From the NCBI GenBank assembly GCA_963678065.2, contig CAXXVZ010000004.1, positions 448,001 to 512,000 of the forward strand: a stretch of DNA of 64,000 nucleotides, given 5' to 3'. This document shows positions 45,168 to 54,728 of this stretch, in pieces (within the stretch, counting starts at the first letter, position 1; each line of letters opens with the position of its first letter). The position numbers and the translations under genes were made by a program. Under the pieces are notes generated by a model. That model was not told where the DNA came from and did not search any database. It was given only the letters and a program-made list of their open reading frames with translations. Origin of the DNA: Treponemataceae bacterium (GTDB lineage: Bacteria; Spirochaetota; Spirochaetia; Treponematales; Rectinemataceae).

Positions 45168-48100
45168 TCATGGCTTCTGCGCCCAGGCCTTCTTGATTAT
45201 GTAATAGCTTTCCTTGTACCGCTCGATATAGGGCGGAGGAAGCTCCCATCCCTTCCAGAAGAAGGGGCTCTCCGGATCGCCGTCGAGCCTGCCGACAACC
45301 TTTTTCCCGACATTGTCCCACCACATGACCGAGGCGACGACGCCTTCGGTCTTCTCCGCCTTGAGCTGGTCCTGGACGGGAATGAAGATATCCCAGCGCA
45401 GGTCGTGGAGGACGTGGAGTGAAGAAGGGTCGGTGAAGTTGATCCTCTGCCAGGGGATGCGGAAGCGGAACTTCGTCCCCTCGACCTTCCAGAGATTGGT
45501 CTGCCGGTCAAAATCCCCGCGGTAGAGCGTGCTCTGGTCGAAGTACTTCGCGGGGATCCGGCGGCCGTCCCTGGTCGTCACAGCAGCGTTCACGAGGGGC
45601 ACGATGCGCTCGAAGACGCCGTCCCAGAGGGGTTTTGAGTCGTAGCGGCCGAGGAACTTGTTGTAGGTCGTGATGACCTTGAGCTCAGCTTTGTCCTGCG
45701 AGGAAATCGTGATGAGGAATTCATTCCCCGACAGGAATGGGACGCCGCCGACGGGATAGCGCATCTGTCCGAGATCCCTGCGGTATGTATCGAGTCCGAT
45801 GAAGAGCGTCTGCTTCCCGAAATCGGGCATGTGGTCCAGGGTCACATCGATGTAGAAATAGGCGGGATCGTGGGCGAGCTCAAGCTTCGTGATCGGACCA
45901 TTGTTGTCGATCGCCGTCCATTCGGGCTTTTCCGGCGGCATGGGAGTCATGGCGAGGAGGCCGTAATTCTGCTCGGGATCGTCCACGTTGTGCCAGTAGA
46001 TGTGGCGCTCGTAGGGTATCATGAATGGCTCGTTGGTCCAGGTCTTCTTGACCCACTCGTCCATCCACTCGAACACGAGGCCTCCTGCGTAGCCCTCGGT
46101 CTTGATCGCCTCGAGCATGCGCAGTATCCCCTCTCCCTGCTCTTTTTCCTGGATCGCCCCGTGGTTGTAGCCGTCCGGATTGAAGTGAGCCACCGATGAA
46201 CCGTTTGCGAGGCCGAACTCGGCCACCAGAGCCGGATACTTGGAGTGCCCGCTCATGAACTCGCGGAGGTATCCGCCGTACATGAATCGTCCGGCGGCAT
46301 CGCGGTAGTATCCGAATTCCTTCTCGTCGTTCATGAAGTCAGGATAATTCGGGTATATATGGTAGGCGCCGAAGATGCCCGCTTCCATTTCCGGGAGGGT
46401 GTCGATGCTGTTGATGTCTATGGAGGCGTTGTCGTTGAAGCGACGGGCTTTTCCCGTTCCGGTATCCCACTCGTAATCGTGGCTCCGGGGGTCGAGAGTG
46501 GGCCAGCTGACCATGCCCACGGGATGCATTTTCCCGTACATGCGCATTTCCTGCTTGACGACCTCATCCATGCTCTCGGCGAGCCACACCTCGGTGGGAG
46601 AGGCTCCCGATCCCGATGTCACATAGCTTCCCTTGTAGCTGACGCCGGGGTTGAGCGAATTGGTGGCGATGACCTCCGGGGACTCGAGTTCCCGCCCCGC
46701 TATCCACCCAAGGAGCCAGCGCGAGACATCGGCGGTGTACACTCCCCAGGCCCTGCCCTTTCGCTCCGTTATGTTCGCGCGACCGTAGACAGCGTCCACC
46801 GCGTACTCGATTTCCTTGAGGAAGTTCTTCTGGTAGCCGGGCGCGAGATAGTTGTTGCCCGGGGGCTGCTCCTCGGGCCAGATGCCCTGAAGGAGATAGA
46901 GCGGTTTGTCGGGATGGAGACGATTGTAGGTGTCGAGGGCCTGGTAGAACTGCGGCGAGGGCAGAGTGTAGATGCGGACCACGTTGGCGTTCATCTCCCC
47001 CATGCCCTCCATCCAGCGCCTGAGAGTCGCCGCGTCGTCCGGAAACTCCGTGTGGTAGGTTCCCGGCATGGCCATTCCGAAGTTCACCCCCCGGACGAAG
47101 AAATCCTTCCACGAGCCATCGTACTGCCTCAGCTGGAAATACTTGCCCTTCGCCTTGACCCGGTACTGGATCGGGTCTTCCTCCTTCACATTGACGGTCT
47201 TCCATTCCTCGCGCCTCTGCTTCGTGGTCTTGAGGATGTAGCGGAACATCGGGACATAGGCTCGCCAGTAGAAATAGTCATTCGAGTCGACCGAGTCGTC
47301 CACGAGGACCTTGTTGAGCCTGTCTATGCCTTGGGCGCCGAAGGGTGTGTTCTTGAATTCGATGTCGGCGAAGTCCCCCGCGAAGTACCAGCCGTTGAAC
47401 TGGGGATTGACCGTGTGGAGAACAGCCGGAAAGCGCGTGGGAAGGCCCAGGCGTTTCAGGTGTGCCTTGCCCGCGTCGGTAAGGTCCCAGTCGTAGTCGG
47501 CGACGACCTCGACGGAGACGTCGGGCAAGGTCCACTCGAACCAGAATTTGAAGGAGACCGGATCGGGAATATTCAGTTTCTTGGCCCACGCGTCGCGGTA
47601 GATGATCTTGAGCATATCGGCGCCGACTTCCTTGCCGGCGGGAAAGACCTCGATGAGGTCGTCGTCGCGGATGAGGACAAAGCCCCGGCCGAAGTATTCC
47701 CAGGGTTTCTTCTTCTGGGCTTCGTAGTTCCTGACGACCCACTCGGGAACCTCGTTGTCCCGCGTCATGTCTTCGTAGAGCCGGCCGATCCAGCCCCGCC
47801 ACCCCATATTGAGGAGGGTTCCGAGGGCCTTGCGGTCGAATTCGTTGGTCGGCGAGGCTGCGGTGTTGAACTCGGCGATGAGGGTGTTGCCCTCGCCTAA
47901 GTGGGTGCGCAGGGAGAGAAGGTCCGAATCGGTGAGACCTCCGTACATCTTCTTGGAGAAGTCTCCCGAGAGCCTGCGCTGCATGTAGTCCTCGGTGTAG
48001 ACGCCGTATGTGTCCGCGAGGTAGATCATGTCCGGACGTGTCGTGGAAACGGGCATCTGCCGTGTTTTCCAGTTCTTGGTCCCGGTCGGGTAGAATCCGT

Positions 48101-48362
48101 AGTAGTCTGTCTTCCGTTCGTAGAGCTTTTTCTGGCCCGGCTTCGTGAGCTTCTCATAGTTGAGGACCCAGAACAGGCCGGTATGCTCGCGGTAGTTCGG
48201 GTAGGGGACGGTCTTGTCGACCACCCAGACATCGAGGTTGGAGAAGGGTTTGAGCTGCCAGATGATGAAGGGGGCGATGAGGAACCCGAGAATCACGACA
48301 GTCACGATGATGGCGAAAAAAATTGCCGCCGTCCATCTCCGCTTGTTTCCACGTTTTTTCAT
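45168..48362 (-). CDS. Membrane-anchored fusion of an uncharacterised N-terminal domain and a clan GH-A-like glycoside hydrolase
   Basis: N-terminal TM; C-terminal part has GVNFG, ANVVRIYT, GRELE, YHIYP, VAEFG, FEWMDEW, a TIM-barrel GH pattern. Confidence 0.7.
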   Translation of the reverse strand: MKKRGNKRRWTAAIFFAIIVTVVILGFLIAPFIIWQLKPFSNLDVWVVDKTVPYPNYREHTGLFWVLNYEKLTKPGQKKLYERKTDYYGFYPTGTKNWKTRQMPVSTTRPDMIYLADTYGVYTEDYMQRRLSGDFSKKMYGGLTDSDLLSLRTHLGEGNTLIAEFNTAASPTNEFDRKALGTLLNMGWRGWIGRLYEDMTRDNEVPEWVVRNYEAQKKKPWEYFGRGFVLIRDDDLIEVFPAGKEVGADMLKIIYRDAWAKKLNIPDPVSFKFWFEWTLPDVSVEVVADYDWDLTDAGKAHLKRLGLPTRFPAVLHTVNPQFNGWYFAGDFADIEFKNTPFGAQGIDRLNKVLVDDSVDSNDYFYWRAYVPMFRYILKTTKQRREEWKTVNVKEEDPIQYRVKAKGKYFQLRQYDGSWKDFFVRGVNFGMAMPGTYHTEFPDDAATLRRWMEGMGEMNANVVRIYTLPSPQFYQALDTYNRLHPDKPLYLLQGIWPEEQPPGNNYLAPGYQKNFLKEIEYAVDAVYGRANITERKGRAWGVYTADVSRWLLGWIAGRELESPEVIATNSLNPGVSYKGSYVTSGSGASPTEVWLAESMDEVVKQEMRMYGKMHPVGMVSWPTLDPRSHDYEWDTGTGKARRFNDNASIDINSIDTLPEMEAGIFGAYHIYPNYPDFMNDEKEFGYYRDAAGRFMYGGYLREFMSGHSKYPALVAEFGLANGSSVAHFNPDGYNHGAIQEKEQGEGILRMLEAIKTEGYAGGLVFEWMDEWVKKTWTNEPFMIPYERHIYWHNVDDPEQNYGLLAMTPMPPEKPEWTAIDNNGPITKLELAHDPAYFYIDVTLDHMPDFGKQTLFIGLDTYRRDLGQMRYPVGGVPFLSGNEFLITISSQDKAELKVITTYNKFLGRYDSKPLWDGVFERIVPLVNAAVTTRDGRRIPAKYFDQSTLYRGDFDRQTNLWKVEGTKFRFRIPWQRINFTDPSSLHVLHDLRWDIFIPVQDQLKAEKTEGVVASVMWWDNVGKKVVGRLDGDPESPFFWKGWELPPPYIERYKESYYIIKKAWAQKP

Positions 48363-48375
48363 ATGAGAAGACTCC

Positions 48376-51300
48376 TCATGCCGGTGGCTTGGCTCCGCCG
48401 AACCCCTTCCGATCCGCCTTTCCCCAGCCGGTCGGCTTTTTCATGGCATTGAAATAGCCGAGTACCCGCCAGAAACTGAAGAATTCCCTTGGGCCGAAGC
48501 TCTCGGCGAAGGCCGTCACCAGCAATCGCAGGTTATCCCTGTAGCTGAAATATATAATATTGCGCTCCGCAATGAGAACCGATGCCATGGAGATGAAGAT
48601 GCCGAACATGATCGTCGCGAGGAAGAGGAGAATGGCCATTTTCGTGGAGAGGAGACCGAAGAGCGCGGCGAGGAACACCATGACATAACCCTGAATCTCG
48701 AAGAGCGGCCCGACCATCTCGAAGAGGAAATAGTAGGGCATGGCGACCATCCCCATCCGGCCGTAGCGCGGATTGAAGAGGGTCCTGCGGTGGAAGAAGA
48801 GAATGTCGATGAGTCCCCGGTGCCAGCGGTCGCGCTGCCGCTTGAGGCTCTTGATGTCCTCGGGGACCTCTGTCCAGCAGTTCGCGTTGTAGGCGTATCC
48901 GATGCGGTACTTTATCTTGTTCTCGCGCATGTAGCGACTTATGCGCACGACGAGTTCCATGTCCTCGCCCACGGTGTCCTTGCGGTAGACCTCCGAGCTC
49001 GTGAGGTAGCCGCCGATGCTGACGACGCGGTCCTTGCGGAAGAGTCCGAAGGCGCCCGAGATGATGAGGAGGCTGTTGAGCTGCGCCCAGCCGAGGCGGC
49101 CGCACATGAAGGCGCGCATGTACTCGATGGTCTGGAGCCGGGCGAGTCCGTTCGCGGGGATTCCGATCTCCGTGAGCATGCCCCGGTCGACCACGCAGCC
49201 GTTGACGGGGAAGACATTGCCGCCCATGGCCGGCGTCTCGATGCCGTCGTCCAGGGTCAGGGAGGCTATCTTCAGCATGGCGTCCGAGTCGAGGAGGGAG
49301 TCCGCGTCGATTCCGCAGATATACTCGTTTTCGGCTATGTTGATGCCCGCGTTGATGGAATCGGCCTTGCCTCCGTTCTCCTTGTCCACGACGATGAGCT
49401 TGGGCATGAGAGGATTCACGTAGATTCCGCGGATCGGGTGGCACTTGAGTTTGGATGTGTACTGGAAGTCGACTCGCTGGAGATTGAAGTACTTGATGAG
49501 AGTCGCGAGCGTGGCATCTCTCGAGCCGTCGTTGACGACGACGAGTTCGTAGTCGGGATACTTCAGGTTGAGGAGGCTGTTCGCGCTCTCTATTATGGAC
49601 TTCTCCTCGTTGAAGGCCGGGGCGATGATGGACACGGAGGGCAGCATGCGCGGCTTGAAGAGCATGCTCCGCTTCTTGAGGTTCCACAGGCGTTCGAGGT
49701 TGCCGACCTTCATCCTCGAGAGGAGGAGGAGGAAGGAGTAGACGACGTTGACGATGATGGAGTAGTAGGCGAAATCGTAGTTGAACTCGACGATGAAGAT
49801 CTTGAGCTGGTGAAGGAATGGAACGACGAAGAGGTAGTCGAAGTGCCGCATGATGTACAGGAAGGGGAAGAAGGCTATCGCGAAGGCGAGGATGGCGTAC
49901 ATGGTGAGGACCATCTTCCTGTCCTGGACCTCCTCGCGTTTCTTCACCGGCAAAAGGACGCGGGCGAGTCCGCACTTGTCGAGGACGCGGTCGGGCAGAT
50001 AGATGCCGAATTCCCGCTCGAGCTCTTCGTTTCCGGGGACGACCTCGCGGATGATGGCGACGAGCGCATCCTCGAGGAGCATGTTCTCGTTGCGCTTCAG
50101 GAATTCGACGATTTCGCTCACCCGCCCGAGGCGGATGATCTCGCGGATGACGGTCTCCGATTGGGCTTTCTCCCTGCCGTCCAGCCTGTTGATGAAATAC
50201 TCGACGCGCCCCGCGAGAACTTCCGCTATGCGCTCGCGGCGGTACCCCGTCGATTCCACGAATTGTCCGACGAGGACCGGCGTGAGGCGCGGATGTCGCT
50301 CGAGAAGCCTCGCGAGGCTCCTCTTGGCGACGTCGGATGTATCCGGGGAATCGAGGAAGCCGACTATCTTGACGATATTGGCGGCGTCCATGCCCCTGCC
50401 CAGGGCGCTGATGGCCACGGCCTGGAGTTCCGGATCGCCGCAGTGCAGGTAGCGATCGTCGTCGAGCACCTTGAAATAGTGTTTTTCCAGGGTGCCCGCC
50501 GCCCTGATCATGAGCTTGCGGTAGTTGTCGCCCGGGTTGATGCTGACAGGAAGGATGGTGAAGTGCCGGCAGATGTCGGCCGCGTCCATGACGCCATTGT
50601 AGGGGCAGTCGCGCCTGTTGTTCTCGAGTACGGATCGGCCGTGAATGCAGTGGGCGCAGCTGCGGCGCGGGCAGCCCTTCACGGTCGAATCGAGGCGCGC
50701 CGCCTCGCGCTCCCTGTCGTCGATGAGCTGGAGGATCCAGTCCCGCAGGTCGCCCGAAACGGAGACACCGGCGAAATCGACCATGAGCTCGCGCACCTCG
50801 ACCTCGTCGCGCATGAAGAGCTTTGGCAGGTATTCCTTCAGGTCCTCCCCGAAGCCGGAGATGAGCATATTGACCTTGTCCCTGTACCAGCGGTGTGAGC
50901 CGAGGAGGCTCGACACCAAGGCGGGAATGGAACGCTTGTCGCCGATATCGGAGAGCGCGTTGGCTATGAACACCTTTACCGGGTAGACCTTTTCACGGGC
51001 GAGAGCGCGTTCCAGCTCGCGCCGGGCCGTCGGAGTGGCGATCACGCCGAGGGCCGAGGCGGCCTCCATCCTGCGGATGCGATCGCGCGAATTGAGGTGC
51101 CGCTCGAAGACCGGCTCGATATGCTTCGCGCGCGCGAGGTCGAGAATGGCGGTCCGCATTTCGGGAGGCAGGTCTATGGAGTCGTGGAGCTTGGCGTAGT
51201 TGGTGAACAGCCGCCTGACCTGCGCGTTGTTCCTGATCCGGCCGCGCTCGAAAAGCCTGACGAGGGCGGCGAGTTCCCTTGACCGTTTCTCCTGCTGGAG

Positions 51301-51402
51301 GATCCATTTTGCCTTGTTCGTGAGGGTCAGCACGACGAGAATGAGGTCGACCCAGATGAACAGGAGCAGGACGGCGAAGAGGAACTCTACATCGATGCTC
51401 AT
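48376..51402 (-). CDS. HEAT-repeat and processive GT2 glycosyltransferase fusion (PgaC/IcaA-like synthase)
   Basis: N-terminal TM and HEAT repeats (RIRRMEAASALG, VFIANALSDIG); PAFNEE, NDGS, NGGKAD, DADS, GED, QRDRW; C-terminal TMs. Confidence 0.9.
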   Translation of the reverse strand: MSIDVEFLFAVLLLFIWVDLILVVLTLTNKAKWILQQEKRSRELAALVRLFERGRIRNNAQVRRLFTNYAKLHDSIDLPPEMRTAILDLARAKHIEPVFERHLNSRDRIRRMEAASALGVIATPTARRELERALAREKVYPVKVFIANALSDIGDKRSIPALVSSLLGSHRWYRDKVNMLISGFGEDLKEYLPKLFMRDEVEVRELMVDFAGVSVSGDLRDWILQLIDDREREAARLDSTVKGCPRRSCAHCIHGRSVLENNRRDCPYNGVMDAADICRHFTILPVSINPGDNYRKLMIRAAGTLEKHYFKVLDDDRYLHCGDPELQAVAISALGRGMDAANIVKIVGFLDSPDTSDVAKRSLARLLERHPRLTPVLVGQFVESTGYRRERIAEVLAGRVEYFINRLDGREKAQSETVIREIIRLGRVSEIVEFLKRNENMLLEDALVAIIREVVPGNEELEREFGIYLPDRVLDKCGLARVLLPVKKREEVQDRKMVLTMYAILAFAIAFFPFLYIMRHFDYLFVVPFLHQLKIFIVEFNYDFAYYSIIVNVVYSFLLLLSRMKVGNLERLWNLKKRSMLFKPRMLPSVSIIAPAFNEEKSIIESANSLLNLKYPDYELVVVNDGSRDATLATLIKYFNLQRVDFQYTSKLKCHPIRGIYVNPLMPKLIVVDKENGGKADSINAGINIAENEYICGIDADSLLDSDAMLKIASLTLDDGIETPAMGGNVFPVNGCVVDRGMLTEIGIPANGLARLQTIEYMRAFMCGRLGWAQLNSLLIISGAFGLFRKDRVVSIGGYLTSSEVYRKDTVGEDMELVVRISRYMRENKIKYRIGYAYNANCWTEVPEDIKSLKRQRDRWHRGLIDILFFHRRTLFNPRYGRMGMVAMPYYFLFEMVGPLFEIQGYVMVFLAALFGLLSTKMAILLFLATIMFGIFISMASVLIAERNIIYFSYRDNLRLLVTAFAESFGPREFFSFWRVLGYFNAMKKPTGWGKADRKGFGGAKPPA

Positions 51403-53444
51403 TTGACCGCCCTTTTCTTGAGCAGGTTTCCGACGACACCAAGCACCTCCGACATCATGTAGGGTTTCTTGATGTAGTAGTCGATGCCGAGGCCGCAGGC
51501 CCTGATGACCGTGTGCTCGTCCTTCAGGTGCGAGAGTATGATAAACGGAATCTCCTTGGTCGCGGAACTCGTCGCCATGTTCTCTTTCAGGACGAAGGCA
51601 TCCATCTTGGGGACCATGATCTCGGCGATCACGAGGTCGGGGCCCTCCTTCTCGACGAGCCGCAGGGCTTCGGCCCCATCCGAGGCGGCGATGACGCGGT
51701 AATCCGAGTTTTCAAGGAAGGACCTGAGGACGTCGACGTTGACCCTGTCGTCGTCGACGATGAGGATGTGTCCGCGGGACTGGACTTCTACCTCGATCTC
51801 CGAAGTCGTGACGACCAGGTTCCCTCCCTTTTTCTTGGCCGACCGGAGCCGCCTGATGCCGATGTCGTAGAGCGCGGGGCCCGCTTCGGAAGGCGCGTTG
51901 ATCCCTGCCCGTATCTCGGAGAGGGCGATGACGCCCGCGGAGACCGTGACCCGCTCGATGAAGGAGCCCGAGCCTTCGACCAGGGTCCTGATGTTTTCAG
52001 CGAGCTGCGCTGCGGAGCGTACGCCGAGCCCCGGCAGCCACAGACCGAAGGTCGCCCCGTGAAGACGGAAAGCGGGATACTGCCGCTCCCGAACATTGTT
52101 GAGGATCTTCGCGATCCCGCGGAGGATCTCCTCGACTTCGCGGGGGCCGTACTGGTATTCGATCCTCGCCATACCTTCGTCGACGCCGATGAGAACGAGG
52201 GTGTTGTCCTCGACCGGCTCGTCCCTTGAGGCCTGGGCTATCTTGAGCGAGGCCTCCTCGTCGATGTAGCTCCTGAAGAAGGATTCATTGTAGAGACCCG
52301 TCACGGGGCAGGTCATCATGTGCTGCTGGGTCCTCTCGATCGTCTCGTTCAGCTCGTTCGTGAGCTTGGTCAGACGGCCCACTTCGTCGGTCAGGATGAC
52401 GGTCTCCTTCTGGGTCTCGAGGAGGGAGGAGCGGTAGATCTCGGGCTGGCGGATCGAGAACTCGGTGCATATTTTGCGCATGAGGGGGTCGAGGACGCCG
52501 AGGGCGGCGATGCCTTTCTCGAGGTAGATGGCCTCGAAGACCCTCTGCCAGAGGCGCTCGCCCTGGTGGCCATAGTCGAGGACGGTATTCGTGACGGGAT
52601 CCAGCTTCATGGAGAGGCGGTAGGCGACGGCCTTGAACGCATCGATGCCGAAGAGAATGGTGAATCGCCTGAGTATCTCGTCGACTATGACCGTGTAGCC
52701 GCCGATCTGGGCGAGATCCCGCCGTATGGAGTGCATGAGGACGCCGCACTCGAGATCGCGCAGGGCCACGATGTAGTCGGATATGTTGCCCCGGATGATC
52801 GAGCCGTGCTGGGGCGCGATGATCGTGATGTTCATCCTGAGGAAAAGTTCCATGACCGGCCTGAGGATTTCGTTGGAGGGCATGTAGTGCTCGTGGAAAG
52901 CCTTCATCCTCTCGATGTAGTCGGGGCCGGCGTAGAGGCTCCAGCCCGAACCGAAGGCGCCGAAGAGGTCGCTCGAGACGAGGATGCCGCTCGTTTTGTC
53001 GTAGGAGACGATGGAACCCGCAAAGTGGAGGTACGGTGTATGGATGAAACGGATGCTGCGCCCGGTGGCGAGGCAAAGGCTGTAGCCATGCTCGTCGACG
53101 AGATAGTAGGGCGACCTGATTCCGTAGAAGCGGACGAGGCCCCAGGTGCGCCAGTGTGTGACGATCGTGAAATTCATGCCCCTTTTCTCCATGAGGGGCA
53201 CCGCGGAGGCGAGGTCGGGGTCCTGGTGGGAGAGCACGACGTATTTCACTTTGTGGAGCGGGATGAGGCTCTCCACGTTGGCGATGACCCGTTCGTAATC
53301 CAGGACGGAGCCTGGATCGAAGAGGACGCCCTCGTCGCCCTCGATGAGGAGATAGGGATTGCATTGCAGGTTGTCGGAGGCTTCGGCGGTGCCGACCCAG
53401 AAGAACCCGTTGCCCAGAAACTCAATTTTTCGGCTGTCCCGCAT
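51399..53444 (-). CDS. ODP (oxygen-binding di-iron, MBL fold), degenerate GGDEF and atypical receiver fusion
   Basis: DPGS, SHQDPD, PYLHFAG, SSDLFG, FHEHYMP, PQHGS (ODP); VTGLYN..FF and RLHGATF (GGDEF fold); LIVDDD, LVIAEIMVP, KKP (REC). Confidence 0.85.
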   Translation of the reverse strand: MRDSRKIEFLGNGFFWVGTAEASDNLQCNPYLLIEGDEGVLFDPGSVLDYERVIANVESLIPLHKVKYVVLSHQDPDLASAVPLMEKRGMNFTIVTHWRTWGLVRFYGIRSPYYLVDEHGYSLCLATGRSIRFIHTPYLHFAGSIVSYDKTSGILVSSDLFGAFGSGWSLYAGPDYIERMKAFHEHYMPSNEILRPVMELFLRMNITIIAPQHGSIIRGNISDYIVALRDLECGVLMHSIRRDLAQIGGYTVIVDEILRRFTILFGIDAFKAVAYRLSMKLDPVTNTVLDYGHQGERLWQRVFEAIYLEKGIAALGVLDPLMRKICTEFSIRQPEIYRSSLLETQKETVILTDEVGRLTKLTNELNETIERTQQHMMTCPVTGLYNESFFRSYIDEEASLKIAQASRDEPVEDNTLVLIGVDEGMARIEYQYGPREVEEILRGIAKILNNVRERQYPAFRLHGATFGLWLPGLGVRSAAQLAENIRTLVEGSGSFIERVTVSAGVIALSEIRAGINAPSEAGPALYDIGIRRLRSAKKKGGNLVVTTSEIEVEVQSRGHILIVDDDRVNVDVLRSFLENSDYRVIAASDGAEALRLVEKEGPDLVIAEIMVPKMDAFVLKENMATSSATKEIPFIILSHLKDEHTVIRACGLGIDYYIKKPYMMSEVLGVVGNLLKKRAVK

Positions 53445-53511
53445 CCGCCACCTCTTCCGAACGTCTTCTTACGCTCTTTAGTATCGGCAGGACGGATGAC
53501 AGGCATGAATC

Positions 53512-54477
53512 CTATGTGGTCGGGGAGTTGACCGGGTTCAGGGCTTTATCTCCTTTCAGGACGCGGACAACCTCGTGGGCGGCCCGCCGTTTCAGCTCGA
53601 CGATGGATTTCTCGGAATACCAGGCCGCGTGAGGCGTCAGAATGACGGAATCGAGGCCGAGGAGGGGATTGTCCGGGCGAAGAGGCTCGGTCTCGAGCAC
53701 GTCGAGTCCCGCTCCCGCGATCCTTCCGGCCCGGAGGGCGCCGACGAGGGCCGACTCCTCCACGAGAGGGCCGCGCGCGGTATTCACGAGGAAAGTTCCG
53801 GGCCTCATCATGGCGAACTGCCTCTCGCCGAGGAGGCCGCGGCTACGCGCGTCGAGGAGGCAGTGCAGGCTGATAACCTCAGCCTGGGCGCAGAGCGTCT
53901 CGAGCTCGACCTTCTCGACGCCCAGCCGTCCCATGGCCTGTGCGTCGACATTCGGATCGGTGCCGATGAGCCTGAATCCGATGGGAGCCAGTTTGCGCGC
54001 GAGGCTCGAGCCGATCCTTCCGAGGCCGATGATGCCCGCCACCGTGTCCCGGGAATTGCGGATCGGCGCCGCGCGGGGATAATTGAAGTCGTCATCGCCT
54101 TTCGCCCTGTCGTAGCGGACGATTCCGCGCGTGAGGGCGAGGATGAGCGCCAGGGCGTGGTCGGACACTTCGTCGACGCAGTAATCCGGCACATTGCAGC
54201 AGAGGATGCCCTTTCGGGCCGCGTATTCCGTGTCGAGATTGTCGTAGCCGACGCCGTAGCGGACAATGATCCGGCAGCGCCTCATCGCGTCGATCACGCG
54301 GGGTCCGACCTTGTTGTGCTGGACAATGAGGGCGTCGGCATCGGCGACGAGGCCGGATATGTCATCCTCGGTCGGTACCCTGTGCGCGAGGACCTCGAAG
54401 CCCGCGGCCTCGAGGATTTCCCTCTCCTGGTCCACTCGGGGATGCTCGTAATGGCAGATCACGACTTTGGCATTCAT
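53512..54477 (-). CDS. D-isomer-specific 2-hydroxyacid dehydrogenase (CtBP/SerA-like)
   Basis: RYGVGYDN, NVPDYC, GIIGLGRIG, NTARG, DVLETEP, TPHAAWYS; start MNAKVV at 54477 with GGGAG RBS. Confidence 0.93.
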   Translation of the reverse strand: MNAKVVICHYEHPRVDQEREILEAAGFEVLAHRVPTEDDISGLVADADALIVQHNKVGPRVIDAMRRCRIIVRYGVGYDNLDTEYAARKGILCCNVPDYCVDEVSDHALALILALTRGIVRYDRAKGDDDFNYPRAAPIRNSRDTVAGIIGLGRIGSSLARKLAPIGFRLIGTDPNVDAQAMGRLGVEKVELETLCAQAEVISLHCLLDARSRGLLGERQFAMMRPGTFLVNTARGPLVEESALVGALRAGRIAGAGLDVLETEPLRPDNPLLGLDSVILTPHAAWYSEKSIVELKRRAAHEVVRVLKGDKALNPVNSPTT

Positions 54478-54576
54478 GGTTTTACTCCCGTTTTTTGTTC
54501 CCGCCCCCGTTCGCGCCCGCGGTGCCGTCACGCGCTGTGTCTGGCATGCATGCGCCGCGAAGGGCTCGCGATAGAA

Positions 54577-54605
54577 GTTGTAGCATCGACGACTTGTGTG
54601 TTCAA
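54577..54605 (-). promoter_or_regulatory. Candidate promoter of the 2-hydroxyacid dehydrogenase
   Basis: Minus-strand TTGAAC, 17 bp, TACAAC with extended TG. Confidence 0.45.
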
Positions 54606-54636
54606 AAACAAAAGGCGCACCGTGCCGCGCGCCTTT
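54604..54636 (-). terminator. Intrinsic terminator after the larA homolog
   Basis: Minus strand AAAGGCGCGC-GGCACG-GTGCGCCTTT followed by TGTTTTT. Confidence 0.75.
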
Positions 54637-54728
54637 CTGTCCAGTGGGGATTTGAACATGCACATTGTAGATCTATCATATTCACGAGCTTATTTCTACG
54701 GCATCCTTCATCAACGCTTCAGCGGTCA

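Noticed and set aside
48533..50898. Long alternative-frame and antisense ORFs over the GT2 gene (480 aa and 702 aa)
   Set aside because: Composition typical of shadow frames; no domain motifs
51810..52319. Active diguanylate cyclase
   Set aside because: GGDEF replaced by HGATF and metal/GTP-binding residues are missing
54637..54728. Small RNA or riboswitch between larA and its terminator
   Set aside because: AT-rich with a short TAGATCTA palindrome, but no recognisable aptamer or convincing promoter
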